From the NCBI RefSeq assembly GCF_009914755.1, contig NC_060935.1: 64,000 bases of DNA; one strand, given 5' to 3'. The position numbers and the translations under genes are program-made. Numbering within the stretch: position 1 is the stretch's first letter; every line of letters begins with the position of its first letter. Shown piece by piece: positions 13,700 to 27,375 of this stretch. The notes under the pieces were generated by a model, which saw nothing but the letters and a program-made list of their open reading frames with translations, ran no database searches and had not been told where the DNA came from. Source of the stretch: the human T2T-CHM13v2.0 reference genome, Homo sapiens.

Positions 13700-14243
13700 A
13701 GAGTAAATCTAAAGTGAGGCCTGAAGCTGCTCCCAGGTGATACTGATGCTGCTCATTTTTGCCCAAATTTTGAGTCACAAGATTCTAAATTAGTGGTTTG
13801 AAGTCCTACATGCGTAATCACTTGGGGAGCTCAATTAACACCCAGCACAGACTAATTATTAATAAATCAGAATCTTCAGTATTAGGCTTCAATCATTGGC
13901 TTTTTTTTTTTTTTTTTTTTGAGATGGATTCTCCCACTGCTGCCCAGGCTGAAGGGCACTGGCACGATCTTGGCTCACTGCAAGCTCTGCCTCCTGGGTT
14001 GACGCCATTCTCCTGCCTCAGCCTCCCGAGTAGCTGGGACTACAGGCACCCGCCACCACGCCCAACTAATTTTTTTGTATTTTTAGTAGAGACGGGGTTT
14101 TACCGTGTTAGCCAGGATGGTCTCGATCTCCTGACCTCATGATCCGCCTGCCTTGGCCTCCCAAAGTGCTGCGATTACAGGCGTGAGCCATCGCGCCCAG
14201 CCAATCATTGACATTTTTAAAGGTCCCAGGTGATTCTAATGTG
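13700..14243. mobile_element. MER5-type hAT MITE remnants, interrupted by an Alu
   Basis: ctcccaggtgatactgatgctgc, aatcagaatct, tcccaggtgattctaatgtg. Confidence 0.6.
13901..14202 (-). mobile_element. AluY-like element
   Basis: Y-type diagnostics; flanking AATCATTG duplication. Confidence 0.92.
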
Positions 14244-14470
14244 AGGTCTTTACAGACATCTTGTAAGTTAAAAACTATAAAGTGTAAAATTGTCTTTACC
14301 TCCCTTTTGGAAACCACAAATGTATGTCAAAGTTAGAACAGAAGTAGAAAGCATACAAAAATGAACTTGACAATACCCATCTACAGATCCGTGATAGGCA
14401 TTTGTGTACAACTTGACCTACGTGACATTTAAGGTCAGTTTGCTCCGATTATTATTAAGAATAAAGTCAA

Positions 14471-14541
14471 CTACAATGATGGCAATATGTTTCATCGACA
14501 GCAGTTCACCCATTGAGTGTTGATACCGTGGGTCTGAGTGA
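14471..14541 (+). ncRNA. SNORD56: SNORD56 (U56)-like box C/D snoRNA retrocopy, probably a pseudogene
   Basis: CTACAATGATGGCAATATGTTTCATCGACAGCAGTTCACCCATTGAGTGTTGATACCGTGGGTCTGAGTGA is colinear with the recalled U56 sequence; box C-like ATGATGG 14476-14482, box D CTGA 14534-14537; flanked by 15-nt TSDs. Confidence 0.85.
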
Positions 14542-15089
14542 AGCTGAGGGTGGAGGAAACACAGGGTGAGGGAGCGGGATAGTTTGCCCCTTCAAGGATT
14601 GACAGGATATAACACAAAAGGCGGGAGGGGGGAAAGAATAAAGTCTACCTTCTGAGTAAAGCAAAGCAAAGTGTTCTCAGCCAATCCAAGTGGCGCCTGT
14701 AAATACCATTATCTAGAGAAAATATGATTAAAGAAGTGGCTTTTCTGTGTAGGAAGGTAAGAAGTTTCTGGATATTTGTACTGAGTAGGAATCAAGATTT
14801 CTGGGTAGAGAGGCTGGAAGAAAATCAGCGCCTAGTCCAGGAAAAAAAAAAAGAAAAAGAAAACTTCTCCGAATTTTTCTGCTTGAATTCCATGAACTCA
14901 AACTTGTAATTTAGTCTTTAAACATAATAGTGAGTCATAATATTGCCTACGTATACGTGGAAGAAAATGTTGTTTTACCTATCTTCCCAATGGGAAAAAA
15001 GTGGCTCATAAAGAAACCTTGACTTCCAACTAAACTTTCAGGTTACTTAGCCTCACATCCATTCCACTAAAATACAAGTGTGTGCTCTA

Positions 15090-15440
15090 AGTAGAAAGTA
15101 GAAGGATGGTTACCAGAGGCTGGGTTGGGAGAAGGGGAGGAAGGGAGTGGGAGCCTGTTGATCAAAGGGTACAAAGTTTCAGATATGGGAGGAACAGGTT
15201 TTGAGATCTATTGCACAGCAGAGTGACTGTAGTCAATAATAATGTACTACATACTTCAAAATAATGGTAAATTTCACGTCTCACCATAAAAAATGATGGG
15301 TAAGTGAGATGATGGATATGTTCATTAGCTTGATTTAATCATGCCACCTTATATATATATATATATATATCTCACATTGTAGCCTATAAATGTATACAAT
15401 TATGGTTTGTCAATCAAAAATATTTATATAAATTTTTAAA
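15090..15440 (+). mobile_element. L1MA 3' UTR fragment with (TA)n
   Basis: atggttaccagaggctgg, caaagggtacaaagtttcag, tgttcattagcttgatttaatcat. Confidence 0.8.
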
Positions 15441-15579
15441 ATATCTGTACGCTAATAGAGATATTACAATCAGTGCCCATAGAGGAAGAAGGAGGATGTT
15501 GGATGAGTATATTTTCTTCTGATCCAACTGACTCTGCATGAAGCTTAAAAAAGTCAATTACCTCCTTTCCTTCTTTCTA

Positions 15580-16590
<1,011 letters not shown>

Positions 16591-16750
16591 TCTGCCTGTT
16601 TTCTGACAGCATCCAATTAGAGCAAACCCCTTCTTTCTTAGACATTCACTCATCTCCCAACCAAAGGGTAAGTCCTATAATAGGTTCCTTTTAACATCCT
16701 ATTACTGAGACACCCATTGGTTTCTCTTGGTATGTGTTCTCCTTGTAGCA

Positions 16751-17050
16751 GGCCAGGCATGGTGGCTCATACCAGTAGTTCCAGCACTTTAGGAGGCCGA
16801 GGTGGGAGGACAACTTAAGGTCAGGAGTTCGAGACCAGCCTGGCCAACATGATGAAACCCCGTCTCTACTAAAAATACAAAAATTAGCCCAGTGTGGTTG
16901 TGGGCACCTGTAATCCCAGCTACTAGGAAGGCTGAGGCAAGAGAATACTTGAACCTAGGAGGAGGAGGTTACAGTGAGCCGAGATCATGCTATTGCACTC
17001 CAGCCTGGGTGACAGAGCAAGACTCCGTCTCAAAAAAAAAAGGAAAAAAG
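16751..17050 (+). mobile_element. AluS element
   Basis: Full dimer with A tail. Confidence 0.92.
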
Positions 17051-17109
17051 AAAGTTGTAGCAAATCTAATTAATTACGAGTGTGTTTCTATAGGTCTTTG
17101 CCTGTAATT

Positions 17110-18660
17110 ATTGTCTAGAATTTTTTTCCATTTTACTTAAATCATCTGGTTTATTGGCATAAAGTTCTTCAAAGTATTTTCTTACCATTCTTTTAATATC
17201 TATAAAATCTACAGCCATATCACCTTTTTTATTCCTGATATTGGTAATTTGTATCTTCTCTTCATTTCCTTATCAGTTTTACTAATGGTTTATCGAGTTT
17301 ATTGATCTTCTCAAAGACCAATAGGTTTTGGGTTTATTGATCTCAATTGTTTTTGTTTTCTGTATCACTGAATTTTGCTAAGATTATTACTTCTGTGATT
17401 CTGCATACTTTAGGTTGAATTTCTATTCTTTTTCTAGTTCTTATGATAAAATATGAAGTTATTGATTTTTTTTTCTTTTCTAATATGTAGGCTTTTAGTG
17501 CTAAAAATTTCCCTTTCAAGTACTGCTTTACTTGCATTACATACATTTTTGTATGTTGTGTTTTCACTTTAAAACACTTCCTGATTTCTCTTTAGATATC
17601 CTCTCTGAGTCATAGGTTATTTAAAATATGTTATTTGGTTTCCAAATAATTGAGAATTTTTCAGATATCTTTCTGTTACTGATTTCTAATTTAATTCCAT
17701 TGTGCTCAGAAAATGTATTTTGTGTAATTTGAACCATTTCAAACTTGGTTAGTTTTATGTCCCAGAATATGAACTATCCTGTTAAATGTTTTCTGTAATG
17801 TTGAAAAAAAATGCACAATCTGCTGTTGTTGGTTGACAGTGTTGCACCATCTTATATGTTTCTATTGATTTTATGTCTACTTTTTCTATCAACTGTTGAC
17901 AGAGAAATTTAAAAATCCATTATAATTAGGAACGTGTTCGATTCTTCTTGCAGTTCTATCAGTGTCTGCTTTATGTATATTGAAAGCTTGTTCATAGGTG
18001 CATAAATGTTTAGGATCATTATGTCCTCTCGATGAGTTGATCACTTTATGATTCTAAAATGACCTAATTTTATCACTGCTAATATTCTTTGCTCTTAAAT
18101 ATACTTCCTCTAATGTATTAATAGCTACTCTTGCTTTTTTCACTAGTGTTATCAAGTTACATCTTTTTTTCTGTTATTTTCCTTTTAACCAATTTGTTTT
18201 TATAGTTAAAGTTCATTTCTTATATGGCATATATAACTGTGTCTTTTGTATCTTGTTCTTCTTAACCTGGCTTTTTATTGGAATGTTTACATCATATACC
18301 TTTAATATGATTATTGGTACGGTAAAGTTTAATTTTATCATCTTACTATTTGTTTTCTTTTTTCTTTCTTTTTTTATGTGTTTTTTGTTTGTTTGTTTGT
18401 TTTGTTTTTTTGTGCTGACCATGGAAAGGACAGCTATTTGTTTTCTGTTTGTTACAAGTATTCTTTTCCTCTTTTTCTTCTTTTGGATTGAATATTTTAT
18501 GATTAAATTTTATCTACTTTTTTGCTTGTTCGCTGTATGCTTTGTTATTTTAGTGACTGCTTTAGGGTATGTATCTTTAAATTATCAGTTTACCTATGGG
18601 TGATATTATACCACTTCATGTGTAGTATAAGCACTTTACAATAATACACATCCATTTCTT
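17110..18660 (-). mobile_element. Old L1M ORF2 (endonuclease-region) fragment
   Basis: Degenerate minus-strand L1; ORF 17343-17567 '...LKGKFLALKAYI' resembles L1 ORF2. Confidence 0.75.
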
Positions 18661-19006
18661 GTCTACATGTATATTGCAATAATATACATCTATTTCTTGT
18701 CTACATTCAGTACAATAATATTCGTTCATTTCTTAAATCATATGGGTAAGATATTTGTTGACTTAGGACAGACAGCACGAAAGACTAGAGAAATTCAAAG
18801 CATGATAATTGAGGGTAGCTGCCTCTAACAGCAAAGGGTATCTCAAAGATGTATATAAATAGACTCAAGTTTCTTAATTATCATTCAGTAACATTCTAAA
18901 ACTTTGAGACTGATATCCTCCTTTTCCCTCACACAAATTCTTATTTCCTGCAAGTGAAAGGCTAAGGTTGTTATAAACAAATGCCAAGTTTGTTTCTGTC
19001 ACTTGA

Positions 19007-19367
<361 letters not shown>

Positions 19368-19955
19368 TGGAATCTCTTAACTGAAAGTCTGAGCACTGAT
19401 TTTAAAAGAGCAAGATACCAAACACTGGAATGTGAATATACAGAGGTACTTAGAGGATTTAGAGTCCAGCTTTCCAGCCTGTGTGGCCCTTCCTTTCCCT
19501 GAGGAAAATGAGCCTCCTAGACTCTCACTCAAAGGAATTTTCCTACTTTTAAAGAAAATATCCATAGTCTTCATAACTCATTGTCTCCCAAATAGTAACC
19601 AGGTTAAAATGGAATCAAACCCAAAAAGGCTTTTTCCATAGCATATCATAAACAATGCTTACACATTGCAAGAATTACAGATTTTAGCATTTCATATTGG
19701 CCACTATCTTGCAAATGCATGGATTATAGATTCTGGTGATAAATGACAAAAAAGAAAATTTTAGATTAGGGTGAATTTACCAGTGTAATGTGTTTACCAG
19801 ACATTGTATGTTCAAGGTGCTAGCTCAGGTACCTGGAAGTAGTCTTAGTTAATTGATCATCATTGGTCTGTGTATGTACTTCTTGATTCACAAAAATCTA
19901 ACCTTATAGAACAGTGGAATGCTTTTTGATGACTCAGACACAGTAGCATTTTCTA

Positions 19956-20254
<299 letters not shown>

Positions 20255-20329
20255 ACAGTAGCATTTTCTAGACAACATTTTGTGAGTTTGAAGTGCTGTC
20301 CTGAAGGACTTCAAACTCAGCTCAGTTGA

Positions 20330-20900
20330 GCTGAGCCGCAACTAATACACATGTAGTGCCATTTCTCCCACAACCAGAAAATATATCTCAGGAAACCAAG
20401 CATAGAGAAAAGGTAGTTCTTCTCATGATTACATTTGAAGATCCACTGTAGTCCCCACAATTCTGGACTCTGATGATTTAGAGGTTCCAGTCCCTACAGA
20501 GCAAATGTTTCTGTCAGGGGAAATAATAGTTACATAGATATGGCTCCAACCTGGCTATCTTAAGCCTCTCATGCCACTGAACAGAACACAACACTGTAGG
20601 CAGAAGATGAATTTACCGTTGGCTGGAGTGGAAAATTCTTGTGGTAAGAAAGAATTGAGATTCTTGTCATAAGAAGATAAGAGTTACCATTAAACTGAGA
20701 TAATAATCTAAATCACCTCCTCAAACCTACATTCAGTGCAAAAGGTTCACTGAGATTACTAAACTAGAGGGTACAGCAAGGGTTCAGGTCCCTTAGAAAT
20801 GAAGGTAAATAATTCTGAATAGCTGAGATACTTGCTGAAAGCAAAGGGAATATGGGAGAAAAGTGGTGGAAGGAAGTTATAAGTGACTTTATAATGAAAT
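20330..20900 (+). mobile_element. Ancient ERVL-like internal fragment
   Basis: Resembles recalled ERVL 3' internal motifs (ctcatgccactgaac, cttgctgaaagcaaagggaatatgg...gtggaaggaag). Confidence 0.5.
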
Positions 20901-21007
20901 GCTGAAACAAAAATTTTAATCTCATGTGTCTCATTTCTTACTGTAACATGTATATATTCTTACAGTTTATCTTAAATTTCTTTTCTCTCTCCCTATTACA
21001 TATATAT

Positions 21008-21298
<291 letters not shown>

Positions 21299-21529
21299 CC
21301 TATTGCATATAGAGGTAAACGGGATGTGAAAGTAGCAGTTAGCTTTTCAGTTTTGTTCATAGGATGAGACAACTGAGTTGGAATCATGACAGAACTACAA
21401 GAAGAATGAGCATCAACTAGAAAGCTAGATTTGCAGCTGGATGCAATAACCACAAGACTTTGGGTCGATTTTTTCCCATCGTATAAAAGCAACTCTAAAA
21501 GTAATAGTTATCTTCATTCTTGAAGAAAA

Positions 21530-21640
21530 GTTTCTGATTCAATAGCTCTAGAATTGCCCTGAGACTGCACTTCTAACAAGTTGCCAGGTAATATTGACGC
21601 TGTTGTCTGGGGATCTCACTTTGCGAACCACTTCTCTAAA
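21530..21640. mobile_element. MER5A-like MITE fragment
   Basis: ttctgattcaatagctct...ctgcacttctaacaagttgccaggtaat...cactttgcgaaccact. Confidence 0.7.
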
Positions 21641-22911
21641 TAATACTCTAATGCATTTTTTTCCTGTCTGTTTAGAGAAATGATGAGTGTAGTCCTGTTT
21701 GCTAAATGTGAAAATTACAAAACTTCCACTGGGGATGTGTTTTTTGGAAGTTTATTGGAAGATTAATATGTACAGATATTGGGCAGGCAGAAAAAAAGAG
21801 ACTATATAACTGTTTGCTGGTGTATTTTTGTCTGTACAGCATTTGAACACCCTTTCTATGTTTGTGGAATGTTCTGCTGTGTGATTCTTCATGGTCTCAG
21901 AATCTATAAAGTCTAGACATCTGTCTTCCCTGACCCTGGTAGAGCACAGGCACATGATCTCACTGTTCTATGGTGGTGGTGATCATGGGGATCATCTCTA
22001 AAACAAGGGGTGCCATCCAGTGTCCCGCTGCCGCAGCCATACCAGCCTCACCAGATTGTTCCTCTGTCATCATTTTTGCCATAGTTATGATTGACTGGCC
22101 ACTTTAATCACTGCCCACTTCAAAAAAAAAAAAAAAAAAAAAGATTCTCTAATCTTGCCAGAGATTCTATGAGCTACTATTTCTTTTCTGTTCAAGTTAG
22201 AGTAATGTATATTGTTTGCAAAATAGAAGCTAACAGAAACCAAAGCATAGGCCAAAAATGATACAGATTACAGGCAATACAGTTTACAATGGAGACATTT
22301 TAATGACAGGCAAAACACCCTTTCACTTAGGTGAAATGTCACTTCCCAATGCTTACAGATCAAGTATCCAAAGCATTTTTTAAAGTGGAAGGTAAACAAG
22401 AATCACCTTCCTCTAAATTCTGAAATTCTGTACTCAAACATGAGTCTTAAATTTGGTTTCACCAAAACTGATCAAATGGGATAAAAGTATAAGATGCAGG
22501 AAAGCTGATTGTCTAGTAGGGTAGAGTCTCTCTTTCACTGTATTTTGCTGAGTGGGAGGTGGGATCTCCTCAGGCCAATAAATTGTAAAGACAGACTCTT
22601 CTCTAAGCAATATATAAAATGCAATGTTTTGATGTTGCAACACCACTTTTGTAGTATACCTGCTCACCATGCCAAAGATGACAACAGGTAGGGCAAAAAT
22701 AATGGTCCTAGGGTCTCTGTATCCTTCACTGTTGACTAAAGTTAAATGCTTTTTAAATCTTTTTGAAGAAAAATTTTTAACAGTGTTTTCATTTGACTAT
22801 AATTATCCTCTGATTATTGCACATTTAATACTCTGCTTTATATATTTAGTTTGAGGGGATTTTATCCCATTTCTCAATATGGCAGTAAAAAAGAATTCTA
22901 TGAAATGGTCC

Positions 22912-23378
22912 AATAAAATGTGTATCATATATATTTAAGGTGTGCAACATGGTGTTTTGATGTATGTATACATAATGAAGTGGCCACAACATTCCAGCAA
23001 ATTAAACTATCTATGACCTACCATGATTACTGGTGTGAGTGAGTGCATGCGCGTGTGTGTGTGCGTGTGTGTGTGTGTGTGGTGAGAGCACCTAAAATCT
23101 ACCCTCAACAAATTTTTATATGCAATACAATGTTATCAACTACAGTTCTCACGCTGTACATTAGATCTCTAGATTAATTTATCCTATAAAAGTGCAGTTT
23201 TCTACCCCTTGACCTACTACTTTCCATTTCCTCCTCCTTCCTGCTCCTGAAAACCACCATTCTTCTCTCTGTTTCTACGTGTTTGACTTGTTTTAGACTC
23301 CACATAAAAGTAAGCTCATGCAGTATTTTCCTTTCTGTGTCTGGCTTATTTCACCTAGTGTAATGTTTTCCAGATTCC
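22912..23378 (-). mobile_element. L1MA 3' UTR with (TG)n
   Basis: gtggtgagagcacctaaaatctac, ttagactccacata, ctggcttatttcac. Confidence 0.8.
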
Positions 23379-23619
23379 AGGTCTTTTTAATGAAAAGAGA
23401 TTTTAAGGAGAAGTAAAACAAAAGTTTGTGTTGGTTAGAGACTTAGTTTTGTTGTGGACAGATGACTTGTGTGTGTTTCAGGACTTAGAATAGGTAGCCA
23501 GGTACAGTTTTGGTCTTTGTGAAGGCCAGAGACCATTCACTGAACCAGCTATTTTATGTCTTCTGGGGCCCCACCATGATTCTCTTACTCTCTGTATCTT
23601 CTTTAATCTTTTTTACCTT

Positions 23620-25202
23620 TGTATTAGTCCATTTTCTTGCTGCCAATAAAGACATACCCAAGACTGGGAAGAAAAAGAGGTTTAATTGGACTTACACTTC
23701 CACATGGCTGGGGAGGCCTCAGAATCATGGAGGGAGGCAGAAGGCACTTCTTACATGGTGGCAGCAAGAGAAAATGAGGAAGAAACAAAAGTAGAAAGCT
23801 GCGATAAACCCATCGGATCTCATGAGACTTATTCATATCACAAGAATAGCACAAGAAAGACCAGCCCCCATGATTCAATTACCTCCTTCTGGGTCCCTTC
23901 CACAACAGCAGGAATTCTAGGAGATAGAATTCAAGTTGAGATTTGGATGGGGACACAGCCAAATCATATCATTCCACCCCTGGCCTCTCCAAAACTCAAT
24001 TCTTCACTTCTGTGCAACTGCAGGCTCAACACCACATGGAAGCTGTCAAGGCTTGAGACTTCCACCCTCTGTAGCCACAGCCTGAGCTCTATGTTGTCCT
24101 CTTTCAGCCACAGGTGGAGTGGCTGGGACACAGGGCACCAAGTCCCTAGGCTGCACACAGCACGGGGACCCTGGTCCCAGCCCACAAAAATCACGTTTTC
24201 CTCCTGAGCCTCTGGGCCTGCAATGGGAGGGGCTGCTGAGAAGTTCTCTGACATGGCCTGGAGACATTTTCCCCATGGTCTTGGGAATTAACATTAGGCT
24301 CCTTGCTACTTATGCAAATTTCTGCAGCTGACTTGAATTTGTCCCCTGAAAATTGGTTTTTTCTTTTCTATCACATTGTCAGGCAGCAAATTTTCCGAAC
24401 TTTTATGCTCTGCTTGCCTTATAAAACTGAATGCCTTTTAACAACACCTAAGTCACCTCTTGAATGTTTTGCTGCTTGGAAATTTCTTCCACCAAATACC
24501 CTAAACCATGTCTCTCAAGTTTAAAGTTCCACAAATCTCTAGGGCAGGGGCAAAATGCCATCAGTCTCTTTAATAAAACATGACAAGAGTCTCCTTTGCT
24601 CCAGTTGCCAACCAGTTCCTCATCTCCATCTGAGACCACCTCAGCCTGGATTTTATTGTCCATATTGCTATCAGCATTTTGGACAAAGCCATTCAACAAG
24701 TCTCTAGGAAGTTCTAAACTTTCCCACATCTTCCTGTCTTCTTCTGAGCCCTCCAAACTCTTCCAGTCTCTGCCTGTTACCCAGTTCCAAAGTTAATTCC
24801 ACGTTTTTGGGTATCTTTTCTGCAGTGCCCCACTCTACTGGTACCAATTTACTGTATTAGTCCGTTTTCATGCTGCTGATAAAGATATACCTGAGACTGG
24901 AAAAAAAAAGAGGTTTAATTGGACTTACACTTCCATGTGACTGGGGAGGTCTCAGAATCATGGCAAGAGGTGGAAAGCACTTCTTACATGGCAGCAGCAA
25001 GAGAAAATGAGGAGGAAGCAAAAGCGGAAACCCCTGATAAACCCATTAGATCTCATGAGACTTACTATCATCAGAATAGCATGGGAAAGACTGGACCCCA
25101 GGATTCAATTACCTCCCCCTAGGTCCCTCCCACAACACGTGGGAATTCTGGGAGATACAATTCAAGTTGAGATTTGGGTGGGGATGTGGCCAAACCATAT
25201 CA
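23620..25202 (-). mobile_element. THE1 (THE1C-like) MaLR provirus: LTR 23620-23971, shortened internal 23972-24852, LTR 24853-25202
   Basis: Two direct ~350-bp LTRs TGTATTAGTCC...CATATCA; 5-bp TSD ACCTT/ACCTG; internal ~0.88 kb. Confidence 0.92.
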
Positions 25203-26169
25203 ACCTGCACAAACCAGAGTGTGCCATAACTTCATCACTAGATGATCTGAAAAACTCCCTTCACTCATTCATTAATAGCCTTGCTTCTCTGAGCCTAAGA
25301 AAAAGAATTTTGTATGGAAGGTGGGATAGTAGTGAGCAGGGCTGGCAAATGTTTGGCAGCTTTTCTCAGAGTGGTCTGAGACTTAGCAGGAAATGAATGC
25401 TCAGTCTCAAAAACTGGCAATATAATATAGGGAACTATGGGGTTATGGATGTGGCTTGTAGAATAGGGATTATATTCCTCTTGTTATGAATTAGACTGTC
25501 CTTGGTCAGGTTAGCTGGCCAAGAAAAGTAACCAGTTAATAAAAATAATTCTCTTTTAAAATAACAAATGAATTTCAACTCACCACAATAAAAATATCAA
25601 ATAATTTTAGTTTCTCCAATGGTTAACTCAAATTGTAAAATTGTTAAACACCCTCTTCTTGCTATTTTACTTTGTTAGAGATCTTTGAAAAATACTATAG
25701 AAGGCTGGGGCTTTCTTAGCCATTTGCCATATAACAAAGCCTCCTTTATCTATAGACATATGAATTTATTACATTATCACTAGGAGGGCTTAGTGACACA
25801 AGCCCTCCCTTTGGGTTTGTCTGTTTCTTTATGATGTTGGTGATCTTTGTTGATTTTGTGGTTGCCTGGTCTCCATGTATTTGGCTTGCCTGTATTTCCT
25901 TAGTGCAGTTTTCCTTTGAGGGGAGGTGAGATTCAAAAGCTAGATCATGTGGGTTTTTGGTAGCCACTCTAATGAGTCTAAATTTGGGGGAATTTGGGGT
26001 TGTTTATAGTTTTTATTTTTTCTCAGAGATCCTTGTTCTGATAAATTTTGTTTTTAAGTTTAAAGACAGGGCTTTGGAAAATTTTAAGTTATAACTTGAT
26101 CTGATTTTTGACTTAGGAAGGACATTCTATTGAGTCAAAGATGGTCTGCAAAGGTGGAGAAAGAGAACC

Positions 26170-26420
26170 CAATAAAAATGCTTTACATGAGAGATTATTG
26201 TGGCTAAGATTAGAATAATGGCGGTGAAGATGGTAAGCAGCTAGATTCAAGATACATTTTGATTGCAGAGCCAATAGAACATACTAAAGAATTCTATGTG
26301 AGGTGTGAAAGAAAATGAGGAGTGAAGTGCCAAAGAATGGGGCACACTCAAATTCTACAATGTAGCCATTAAAACCACTGGAGAAAGTAGGATAATATCT
26401 TGGTGGGGACAATGATGAAA
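26170..26420 (-). mobile_element. L2-like fragment
   Basis: Purine-rich degenerate L2 motifs (agattcaagatacattttg...agagccaatagaa). Confidence 0.45.
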
Positions 26421-27249
26421 AAAGGAAGCAAATTATATAATCAGATGGAAGTGACTTCAGAAGAGAATGTGCAGGGAATAATGGTGACAAAGCAAAGATC
26501 TGTCCTTCCTCTCTGACCCCATGAGTCAATGGAGAGGCAAGAAAAGGAAATGTCCATTTAACTGGTTTTCAGAAAAAAGTGGTATCAAGTGAAAATAGGT
26601 GTCAGACAAGAGGGGGTAGAAAAAGATATGTTAGAGAGAGGATTCAAAATATAAAGGGATTTATACACAATAAAATGATACTAAAGGGATACAGGGACTG
26701 CAGCTGTAAATAAGGCTATAGGATGAGAGTTTGTGAAGGAATAGCACTGGAGGTACCCTAATCATGGCACTATTAGTTAAAGCTATTATGGAAAATAGCT
26801 TGAAGGTGCATTTTAATGATAAGGGATGAGCAATGTTAAATCGGAAAATCTGGTTTAAAGGCCAAGTTGTAAAACTTACCAGTGTCAAGGTTCCAACTAG
26901 AATGCTAGCATGATAGGAGGCATATCCTACGCTGATAAGAAGGTATGGATGGTCTATTTTACACATTTACCTGGTAGGTCTTTTCTAATTTCTACATTTA
27001 TTGTTGAGTAGAGTAATTATGACATCAGAAGGAAATCATCCAATCATGGTTTCTGCTTTCCTTTTAAAATTTCTTCTCACTTTTATCAGTCTTTCACCTC
27101 TTCTCACTATCTAGACTTCTTTTGTCTCACCTCTCCTCTGTGATATAAGTTCTGGTATATTGTTTAATGTACTAATTTTCTAACATCTTATTTTATGTTT
27201 GAAACTAATTTTTGCCAATTTTGTGGCCCAGAATCTTAAAAATACTTAA

Positions 27250-27375
27250 CCACAGTGGTTCATGTCTGTAATCTCAGCACTTTGAGAGGCCAAGTTGGGA
27301 GAATTGCTTGAGCCCAGGAGTGCGAGACCAGCCAAAGCAACGTAGTGAGACCCCATCCTATAAAAGAGAAAAGAA
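27250..27375 (+). mobile_element. FLAM-like Alu monomer
   Basis: ctgtaatctcagcactttgagaggccaag...ttgcttgagcccaggag. Confidence 0.8.

Noticed and set aside
23510-25396. Cluster of overlapping 66-173 aa ORFs
   Set aside because: All lie essentially within the THE1 LTR/internal sequence.
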